Source of the DNA: Heptranchias perlo
Taxonomy: Eukaryota
Direction of reading: 5' to 3'
Assembly (NCBI RefSeq): GCF_035084215.1
Contig: NC_090342.1
Coordinates: 16,926,001-16,990,000 of the forward strand
DNA: 64,000 nucleotides
The notes below the pieces were generated by a model, which was given only the letters and a program-made list of their open reading frames with translations, did not search any database and had not been told where the DNA came from. Position 1 is the stretch's first letter. Each line of letters begins with the position of its first letter. Positions 1 to 9,635 of the stretch are shown here, one piece after another. The position numbers and the translations under genes were made by a program.

Positions 1-931
1 AATCAAGCGGGCTGCTTTGTCCTAGATGGTGTCAAGCTTCTTGAGTGTTGTTGGAGCTGCACTCATCCAGGCAAGTGGAGAGTATTCCATCACACTCCTG
101 ACTTGAGCCTTGTAGATGGTGGAAAGGCTTTGGGGAGTCAGGAGGTGAGTCACTCGCCGGAGAATACCCAGTCTCTGACTTGCTCTTGTAGCCACAGTAT
201 TTATGTGGCTGGTCCAGTTAAGTTTCTGGTCAATGGTGACACCCAGATGTTGAAGGTGGGGGATTCGGCAATGGTAACGCCATTTAGTGTCAAGGGGAGG
301 TGGTTAGACTCTCTCTTGTTGGAGATGGTCGTTGCCTGGCACTTGTCTGGTGTCAATGCTACTTGCCACTTATGAGCCCAAGCCTGGATGTTGTCCAGGT
401 CTTGCTGCATGCAGGCACGGATTGCTGCATTATCTGAAAGGTTGCGAATGGAACTGAACACTGTGCAATCATCAGTGAACATTCCCATTTCTGACCTTAT
501 GATGGATGGAAGGTCATTGATGAAGCAGCTGAAGATGATTGGGCCTAGGATACTGCCCTGAGGAACTCCTGCAGCAATGTCCTGGGGCTGAGATGATTGG
601 CCTCCAACAACCACTACCATCTTCCTTTGTGCTAGGTATGACTCCAGCCACTGGAGAGCTTTCCCCCGGATTCCTATTGACTTCAATTTTACTAGGGCTC
701 CTTGGTGCCACACTCGGTCAAATGCTGCCTTGATGTCAAGGGCAGTCACTCTCACCTCAACTGTGGAATTCAGCTCTTTTGTCCATGTTTGTACCAAGGC
801 TGTAATAAGGTCTGGAGCCGAGTGGTCCTGGCAGAACCCAAACTGAGCATCGGTGAGCAGGTTATTGGTGAGTAAGTGCCGTTTGATAGCACTGTCGACG
901 ACACCTTCCATCATTTAGCTGATGATTGAGA
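1..931 (-). mobile_element. Fragment of LINE family A (CR1-group RT), runs off the window start
   Basis: Near-identical to 1899-2830. ORF 201..914 has the RT motifs LDIKAAFDRVWH, GVPQGSILGP and FTDD. A frameshift lies near 250. Confidence 0.95.
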
Positions 932-1074
932 TGCAATATAGGTTGTAATGTAGGGAAATGTGGCAGCTATTTTGCACACAGAATGAGAGAAATGTCTGGA
1001 TAATCTATTTTAGTGGAGCTGGTTGAGGAATAAATGTTGGCTAAAACATCAGAACAGCTCCTCTTGGGCCCTTG

Positions 1075-1393
1075 AGAAGATCGGGGATGGGGAGTCTTGG
1101 AGAAGATTGGGTGGAGGGGGGTTGGGGGTCCACCATCCGAGGAGTCAGATTCACCATCGGGGTGGTTCTACCATTATTGGGGGGGGGGGGGGGGTGGTGG
1201 GTGGCCGATCACAGGGGTCCGATCACGCCAGGTGAGCTTGTTGGGCCTGAATGAACCACTCCTGCTCCCCCTGGCCCACGAGCAGTGCAATAAAGGCATT
1301 CACCTCATGGATCTGGCCCTTCTTGCTTGCTTTCACCTGATGAGAATCGGAAGCGATGGGAAACCCCTGCAGGTAAGGTTAAATACATTTTAC
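1075..1393. mobile_element. Left part of a Harbinger-type non-autonomous element that hosts the CR1 insertion
   Basis: GGGAAACCC...GTAAGGTTAAAATACAT joins to 6554-6783. The joined sequence matches the uninterrupted copy at 46380-46677. Confidence 0.6.
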
Positions 1394-1535
1394 CTTTTAC
1401 AAATACATAAAGGGCAAAAGAGTAACTAGGGAGAGAGTAGGGCCTCTTAAGGATCAACAAGGTCATCTATGTTTTTTTTTTATTCGTTCACAGGATGTGG
1501 GCGTCGCTGGCAAGGCCGGCATTTATTGCCCATCC

Positions 1536-4457
1536 CTAATTGCCCTCGAGAAGGTGGTGGTGAGCCGCCTTCTTGAACCGCTGCAGTCCGTGTGATGACG
1601 GTTCTCCCACAGTGCTGTTAGGAAGGGAGTTCCAGGATTTTGACCCAGCGACAATGAAGGAACGGCGATATATTTCCAAGTCGGGATGGTGTGTGACTTG
1701 GAGGGGAACGTGCAGGTGGTGTTGTTCCCATGTGCCTGCTGCTCTTGTCCTTCTAGGTGGTAGAGGTCGCGGGTTTGGGAGGTGCTGTCGAAGGAGCCTT
1801 GGCGAGTTGCTGCAGTGCATCCTGTGGATGGTACACACTGCAGCCACAGTGCGCCGGTGGTGAAGGGAGTGAATGTTTAGGGTGGTGGATGGGGTGCCAA
1901 TCAAGCGGGCTGCTTTATCTTGGATGGTGTCGAGCTTCTTGAGTGTTGTTGGAGCTGCACTCATCCAGGCAAGTGGAGAGCATTCCATCACACTTCTGAC
2001 TTGTGCCTTGTAGATGGTGGAAAGGCTTTGGGGAGTCAGGAGGTGAGTCACTCGCCGCAGAATACCCAGCCTCTGACCTGCTCTCGTAGCCACGGTATTT
2101 ATATGGCTGGTCCAGTTAAGTTTCTGGTCAATGGTGACCCCCAGGATGTTGATGGTGGGGGATTCGGCGATGGTAATGCCGTTGAATGTCAAGGGGAGGT
2201 GGTTAGACTCTCTCTTGTTGGAGATGGTCATTGCCTGGCAATTATCTGGCGCGAATGTTACTTGCCACTTATGAGCCCAAGCCTGGATGTTGTCCAGGTC
2301 TTGCTGCATGCAGGCTCGGACTGCTTCATTATCTGAGGGGTTGCGAATGGAACTGAACACTGTGCAGTCATCGGCAAACATCCCCATTTCTGACCTTATG
2401 ATGGAGGGAAGGTCATTGATGAAGCAGCTGAAGATGGTTGGGCCGAGGACACTGCCCTGAGGAACTCCTGCAGCAATGCCCTGGGGCTGAGATGATTGGC
2501 CTCCAACAACCACTACCATCTTCCTTTGTGCTAGGTATGACTCCAGCCACTGGAGAGTTTTCCCCCTGATTCCCATTGACTTCAATTTTACTAGGGCTCC
2601 TTGGTGCCACACTCGGTCAAATGCTGCCTTGATGTCAAGGGCAGTCACTCTCACCTCACCTCTGGAATTCAGCTCTTTTGTCCATGTTTGGACCAAGGCT
2701 GTAATGAGGTCTGGAGCCGAGTGGTCCTGGCGGAACCCAAACTGAGCATCGGTGAGCAGGTTATTGGTGAGTAAGTGCCGCTTGATAGCACTGTCGACGA
2801 CACCTTCCATCACTTTGCTGATGATTGAGAGTAGACTGATGGGGCGGTAATTGGCCGGATTGGATTTGTCCTGCTTTTTGTGGACAGGACATACCTGGGC
2901 AATTTTCCACATTGTCGGGTGGATGCCAGTGTTGTAGCTGTACTGGAACAGCTTGGCTAGAGGCGCAGCTAGTTCTGGAGCACAAGTCTTCAGCACTACA
3001 GCTGGGATGTTGTCGGGGCCCATAGCCTTTGCTGTATCCAGTGCACTCAGCCGTTTGTTGATATCACGTGGAGTGAATCGAATTGGCCGAAGACTGGCTT
3101 CCATGATGGTGGGGATATCGGGAGGAGGCTGAGATGGATTATCCACTCGGCACTTCTGGCTGAAGATGGTTGCAAACGCTTCAGCCTTGTCTTTTGCACT
3201 CACGTGCTGGACTCCGCCATCATTGAGAATGGGGATGTTTGCAGAGCCTCCTCCTCCCGTTAGTTGTTTAATTGTCCACCACCATTCACGACTGGATGTG
3301 GCAGGACTGCAGAGCTTTGATCTGATCCGTTGGTTGTGGAATCGCTTAGCTCTGTCTATAGCATGTTGCTTCCGCTGTTTAGCATGCATGTAGTCCTGAT
3401 TTGTAGCTTCACCAGGTTGGTACCTCATTTTTAGGTACGCCTGGTGCTGCTCCTGGCATGCTCTTCTACACTCCTCATTGAACCAGGGTTGATCCCCTGG
3501 CTTGTTGGTAATGGTAGAGTGAGGAATATGCCGGGCCATGAGGTTACAGATTGTGCTGGAATACAATTCTGCTGCTGCTGATGGCCCACAGCGCCTCATG
3601 GATGCCCAGTTTTGAGCTGCTAGATCTGTTCTGAATCTATCCCATTTAGCACGGTGGTAGTGCCACACAACACGTTGGATGGTGTCCTCAGTGCGAAGAC
3701 GGGATTTCATCTCCACGAGGACTGTGCGGTGGTCACTCCTACCAATACTGTCATGGACAGATGCATTTGCGACAGGTAGATTGGTGAGGACGAGGTCAAG
3801 TAAGATTTTCCCTCGTGTTGGTTCGCTCACCACCTGCCGCAGGCCCAGTCTAGCAGATATGTCCTTCAGGACTCGGCCAGCTCGGTCAGTAGTGGTGCTA
3901 CCGAGCCACTATTGGTGATGGACATTGAAGTCCCCCACCCAGAGTATATTTTGTGCCCTTGCTACCCTCAGTGCTTCCTCCAAGTGTTGTTCAACATGGA
4001 GGAGGACTGATTCATCAGCTGAGGGAGGACGGTAGGTGGTAATCAGCAGGAGGTTTCCTTGCCCATGTTTGACCAGATGCCATGAGATTTCATGGGGTCC
4101 AGAGTCAATGTTGAGGACTCCCAGGGCCACTCCCTCCTGACTGTGTATCACTGTACCGCCACCTCTGGTGGGTCTGTCCTGCCGGTGGGACAGGACATAC
4201 CCAGGGATGGTGATGGAAGAGTCTGGGACGTTGGCTGAAAGATATGATTCTGTGAGTATGGCTATGTCAGGCTGTTGCTTGACTAGTCTGTGGGACAGCT
4301 CTCCCAATTTTGGCACAAGTCCCCAGATGTTAGTAAGGAGGACCTTGCAGGGTCGACTGGGCTTGGTGTTTTGCCGTTGTCGTGTCCGGTGCCTAGTGGT
4401 CCGATGCCGGGTGGTCCGTCCGGTTTTATTCTTATTATGACTTTTCGTAGCGAGATT
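1536..4457 (-). pseudogene. APE endonuclease plus reverse transcriptase ORF of LINE A (about 973 codons) with one in-frame TAG at 3909-3911
   Basis: ORF-track pieces 3909..4316 and 1536..3833 are in the same frame. The frame is open upstream to a TAA at 4458-4460. EN motifs: LTNIWGL, PDIAILTES, YRPP, GDFN, LDLVLTN, SDH. RT motifs: YRPISLLS, QFGFR, GVPQGSVLGP, FADD. C-terminal WNSLP. Confidence 0.93.
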
Positions 4458-4724
4458 TTACAACTGAGTGGCTTGCTAGGCCATTTCAGAGGGCAATTAA
4501 GAATCAACCACATTGCTGTGGGTCTGGAGTCACATATCGGCCAGACCGGGTAAGGGCGGCAGGCTTCCTTCCCGAAAGGACATTAGTGAACCAAATGGGT
4601 TTTTACGACAATCCGGTAGTTTCATGGCCATCATTACTGATACTAGTATTTTAATTCCAGATTTTTATTTAATTAATTGAATTTAATTAATTAATTGAAT
4701 TTAAATTCGCCAGCTGCCGTGCCG

Positions 4725-4798
4725 GGATTTGAACTCATGACTCTGGATTTTAGTCCAGGCCTCTGGATTACTAGCCCAGTAACAAAACCACTATGCTA
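4725..4798 (-). promoter_or_regulatory. Type-2 RNA polymerase III internal promoter (tRNA-like A box and B box) at the 5' end of LINE A
   Basis: On the sense strand the A box TAGCATAGTGG lies at 4798-4788, beginning at +9 from the element start. The B box GAGTTCAAATCC lies at 4736-4725. Confidence 0.8.
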
Positions 4799-6553
4799 CC
4801 GTACCCGTGCGGAGCCACAAGAGATGGGTGAGATCCTGAATGAATATTTCACATCGGTATTTACGGTTGAGAAAGGCATGGATGTTAGGGAACTTGGGGA
4901 AATAAATAGTGATGTCTTGAGGAGTGTACATATTACAGAGAGGGAGGTGCTGGAAGTCTTAACGCGCATCAAGGTAGATAAATCTCCGGGACCTGATGAA
5001 ATGTATCCCAGGACGTTATGGGAGGTTAGGGAGGAAATTGCGGGTCCCCTAGCAGAGATTTTTGAATCATCGACAGCTACAGGTGAGGTGCCTGAAGATT
5101 GGAGGGTAGCAAATGTTGTGCCTTTGTTTAAGAAGGGCGGCAGGGAAAAGCCTGGGAACTACAGACCGGTGAGCCTGACATCTGTAGTGGGTAAGTTGTT
5201 GGAGGGTATTCTGAGAGACAGGATCTGCAGGCATTTGGAGAGGCAGGGACTGATTAGGAACAGTCAACATGGTTTTGTGAGAGGAAAATCATGTCACACG
5301 AATTTGATTGAGTTTTTTGAAGGGGTAACCAAGAAGATAGATGAGGGCTGTGCAGTAGACGTGGTCTACATGGACTTTAGCAAAGCCTTTGACAAGGTAC
5401 CGCATGGTAGGTTGTTACATAAGGTTAAATCTCACAGGATCCAAGGTGAGGTAGCCAATTGGATACAAAATTGGCTTGACGACAGAAGAAAGAGGGTGGT
5501 TGTAGAGGGTTGTTTTTCAAACTGGAGGCCTGTGACCAGCGGTGTGCCTCAGGGATCGGTGCTGGGTCCGCTGTTATTTGTTATTTATATTAATGATTTG
5601 GATGAGAATTTAGGAGGCATGGTTAGTAAGTTTGCAGATGACACCAAGATTAGTGGCATTGTGGACAGTGAAGAAGGTTATCTCGGATTGCAACAGGATC
5701 TTGATAAATTGGGCCAGTGGGCCGATGAATGGCAGATGGAGTTTAATTTAGATAAATGTGAGGTGATGCATTTTGGTAGATCGAATCGGGCCAGGACCTA
5801 CTCCGTTAATGGTAGGGCGTTGGGGAGAGTTATAGAACAAAGAGATCTAGGAGTACAGGTTCATAGCTCCTTGAAAGTGGAGTCACAGGTGGATAGGGTG
5901 GTGAAGAAGGCATTCGGCATGCTTGGTTTCATTGGTCAGAACATTGAATACAGGCGTTGGGATGTTTTGTTGAAGTTGTACAAGACATTAGTAAGGCCAC
6001 ACTTGGAATACTGTGTACAGTTCTGGTTACCCTATTATAGAAAGGATATTATTAAACTAGAAAGAGTGCAGAAAAGATTTACTAGGATGCTACCGGGACT
6101 TGATGGTTTGACTTATAGGGAGAGGTTAGATAGACTGGGACTTTTTTCCCTGGAGAGTAGGAGGTTAAGGGGTGATCTTATAGAAGTCTATAAAATAATG
6201 AGGGGCATAGATAAGGTAGATAGTCAAAATCTTTTCCCAAAGGTAGGGGAGTCTATAACGAGGGGACATAGATTTAAGGTGAGAGGGGAGAGATACAAAA
6301 GGGTCCAGAGGGGCAATTTTTTCACTCAAGGGGTGGTGAGTGTCTGGAATGAGCTGCCAGAGGCAGTAGTAGAGGCAGGTACAATTTTGTCTTTTAAAAA
6401 GCATTTGGACAGTTACATGGGTAAGATGGGTATAGAGGGATATGGGCCAAGTGCAGGCAATTGGGACTAGCTTAGTGGTATAAACTGGGCGACATGGACA
6501 TGTTGGGCCAAAGGGCCTGTTTCCATGTTGTAAACTTCTATGACTCTATGACT

Positions 6554-6783
6554 AATACATAAAAAATTAAGTGCCTTACCTATCGCATTGCGGTACATTA
6601 CCCCTTTAACAATCCACCTGCCGTCATTAAGTGGGGTCGGGACTTCTGGGTTTTGGATACTTGCGTGTCCAAACGTGCCCGGGTTAATCCCAGAAGTAGG
6701 CACACTGGAGCCGGGTTGCGGTCCCACTTCAAAAAACTACAATTTTTACCAACCCACCCGTTCTTTGGGGTTAAAGTTACCCC
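6554..6783. mobile_element. Right part of the Harbinger-type non-autonomous element
   Basis: Similar to 46435-46677; ends GGGGTTAAAGTTACCC. Confidence 0.6.
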
Positions 6784-6789
6784 GCTGGA

Positions 6790-8240
6790 GATCAGTCTTG
6801 TAGCACTTCCATGAAGTTCCACCATGACATGGGTCTTAACGGCCAGAACATGATACAATACACAAGGTGTGGCATGGCCAGATCACTATTCAGTTTGAGC
6901 ATAACTTCTTCTGACTTTACTCTACAGTTCTGTCTATATAATTCAGCGGTCTGTTTGCTTTGCTGATTGCTGCTCTGCAATGATTGGATATGTTGAGCAT
7001 TGAATCTCCTAGAACACCTATATCACTTTTTACTTCTCCATTATTTTGACACTAACATGGAGAAAAAAAATTCTTCTTAATAGGCAGTACTTTACCGTTC
7101 ATCATATTGGGCCAGAATTTACTGTAGCCGGTGAATGATTGGCGCCCTTCATTAGTTAGACTTGCCCTTGCCCATTTAATCTCCATGATTAAACTGGCAA
7201 GGGCCATGAGATCTTGCACTGGAAGCTGCTGTAAGTGTGAGATGGAAACGGTGCCACGCCCTCTACAGGGCATCTGCGATCTGTGTGAACAGCGTAAGCA
7301 ACTGTATATCTCCTTAACCAATCAGATTGAAGGATTGTGAAATAACCAGCGCAGAGTCTGAACTTGGAAGTGTAAGTTAGAATAATGAATTCAATGTCAA
7401 ATTAGGTACAGAAAGAGAAATAAAGATTGGATTAAAAGAGAGAGGAAAACACAGACAGAAAGAAAAAGTAAAAAAAAATTAAAAATTTTAATCTCCAACA
7501 ACAATTAAAAGCTGAAGGAATAAGACTCCACACTTGTAATAGTTAATTTTCAATGCCAGAGAGGTTGTTTGGCAGTAATTAACACTTATCATGCCATTAA
7601 AAAGGGTACTTAGACTGAAATAGATACGCCCTAACTTTCTGTGGCGAGTTTAATTCGAATCTACCATGCAAGTACAGGAACTTCATGCCGTTCAATACGT
7701 TTGAATGGTGGGTCAGACAGTAAGATGCTGTTTTCATGAAGCTAACAGCGGAGCGGTGCATCTCGGACAGCAACTTCTGGATTTTTGTGTTTAACCGCGT
7801 ATCTGCCCCTCGCCTGAAGTTGCTGTGCAATTTGTGCTTAAGTAACAGTGAACGCCTTTAGCCTCACCATTTTTTGACAGGAAAATCTGGGCCATTATGT
7901 TTCATTTGTCATTGTTCTGTCCAGTTAACATATTTTGTCAAACTCGGTTTGTAAGTCCCTAGCTGTCTTCTCAGAAACAAATGCTCATTCTAGTTTGATA
8001 GCATCTGTAAGTATAACTAATTTGCATTGAGTTTCTGAATCCAAATCGTTAACGTAAATTAGAAATGGTAGGAACACCCCACTCACTGCCTCTACCACCC
8101 TGTTGTAACACCTCTAAGCAAGCATACACTGTTTTCTACTCTTCAGATCCATTCTGATCCATTCCCAAGTTTCACCCTGATTCCCCACTGCTTCGAGCTT
8201 AACCAGTAATCTTTCATGAGGAACTTCCTCAAATGCTTTT
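6790..8240 (-). mobile_element. Old decayed CR1 remnant interrupted by a MITE
   Basis: The translation KSEEVMLKLNSDLAMPHLVYCIMFWP resembles the CR1 ORF2 LKLYKTLVRPHLEYCVQFW region. Further weak similarity at 7900-8240. Confidence 0.55.
7110..7894. mobile_element. Non-autonomous DNA transposon (MITE-like)
   Basis: Ends are GGCCAGAATTT and AAATCTGGGCC. The interior is the reverse complement of 55258-55634 plus 57650-58011. Confidence 0.7.
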
Positions 8241-9070
8241 TGGATCTTCTGCTGGAATCTCAGTAGGTGCTGGACACAATAACAGAAACTGCATGTGAAA
8301 TTATATTGATTTCAGACCAAACTCTGAAATGGCAACCCCCTCTCCCTCCCTCCCTCCCTCCCAAAAAATTGCATCTTTAAAACCCTGTAATGGAGATTCA
8401 ATAATAACTCACTGATTAAAAGACAAAAACACCAAGATAATCAAACAGGAAATTAATGGTTTGCTTATGTCCTTTGGATATACAGATAAGGGGCCTAACA
8501 TCTGTTTGAGGCACCCACTGTAAGATTACTTTGCCCTTAGGCAGCTGGCAGTGGCTGCATTCAGGAAAACCAGGTCTACATGCGGCCTAACATAAAGCAT
8601 GAAAAGGCCTTAAGGTTGCAAACATTGTAACTGTGGAATTTTGTTATACTGATCACTGCTTGTGGCGATTAGTCACTTCTAATGATTAAAATCTGCTTTT
8701 TAAAAACCACAACACATTATATACTGCAAATCTTTATAGCAATCAATGCAGGTTAGTTATGGTGGTCAATATAGTGGCAGCTCCCCATTGTCTTAGTTGT
8801 AGCATTGTAAATCTGTACAATATAACATATGAATGGGTAATAACATTACTAAAAGGCTGTTAATTATGCCCAGATAATCTTAAATGGTTAAGTATAAAGG
8901 ATCCTGAAGATGCTCAGTACTCAGCAGCACTTTAGAAAGATTTGCCGTGCTCAACTCAGAATAGTGTTTGGATCGAAAACAATGAATGGAACAAAAGCAC
9001 TAACATTCTTTTTATAGCCCTAACATTCTGAGCAGGACATTGGAAGGATAGGTTAAGCAACTGTTTTATC

Positions 9071-9370
9071 ATAAGAACATAAGAAATAGGAGTAGGAGTA
9101 GGCCATATGGACCCTCGAGCCTGCTCCGCCATTCAATAAGATCATGGCTGATCTTCTATCTCAATTCCACTTTCCCACCCGATCCCAATATCGCTTGATT
9201 CCCATAATGTCTAAAAATCTATCAATCTCAGTCTTGAACATATTCATTGACTGAGCATCCACAGCCCTCTGTAGAGAATTCCAAAGATTCACAACCCTCT
9301 GAGGGAAGAAATTTTTCCTCATCTCGGTCCTAAATGGCCGACCACTTATTTTGAGACTATGACCCTCAGC
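9071..9370 (-). mobile_element. CR1 3' end fragment
   Basis: Translation EMRKNFFPQRVVNLWNSL...FKTEIDRFL, plus a 3' UTR with an AAGAACATAAGAA tail on the + strand. Confidence 0.85.
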
Positions 9371-9416
9371 CAGTGAGTACTGGATAATATTGCTCATCAG
9401 TACAATATGGGTCATG

Positions 9417-9635
9417 AGGGTGAATTTCTGCAGCATTTCTCCCGATTGTCCGTCGTAGCTTCGGTGGAAAACCCTCAGAAACCCTGGAAAACAGTGTAAA
9501 CACAGCTTACGCTGTGTTTCTGGGATTTCTGTTTACGCCTTTTTTCTGGCATTTCCGTTTACACCGTTTTTCTGGCATTTCTGTGGCTCTCCCACCAAAG
9601 TTACAGTGTACGAGCGGGAGATTCCCCATGAAATA
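9417..9635. mobile_element. Small foldback/MITE-like element with an internal approximately 25-bp tandem repeat
   Basis: Imperfect inverted arms (TCTCCCG...CTTCGGTGGA and TCCCACCAAAG...CGGGAGA). TTTACRCC..TTTTCTGGCATTTC is repeated about 3 times. Confidence 0.5.

Larger units (their letters stand above)
1473..4806 (-). mobile_element. Apparently full-length LINE family A: tRNA-derived head, about 350-nt 5' UTR, single EN-RT frame, short 3' UTR, oligo(A) tail
   Basis: Boundaries come from the interrupted CR1. The empty site reads CATCTATGTGCGG at 55881; here it reads CATCTATGT[insert]GTGCGG, a 2-bp GT duplication. Confidence 0.92.
1394..6553 (+). mobile_element. Young 5'-truncated CR1 LINE (family B), split by the LINE A insertion at 1473-4806
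   Basis: 1394-1472 plus 4807-6553 align continuously with the copy at 55810-57630. RT motifs YMDFSKAFDKVPH, GVPQGSVLGP and FADD are present, with a CTATGA-type tail. Confidence 0.95.

Noticed and set aside
4712-4806. Genuine tRNA gene
   Set aside because: The acceptor stem pairs poorly, there is no terminator after the 3' end, and the sequence is contiguous with a retroelement body.
4695-6470. 591-aa ORF as a standalone RT gene
   Set aside because: It is chimaeric. The first 37 codons are the antisense of the LINE A head; the rest is a truncated CR1 ORF2 with no endonuclease.
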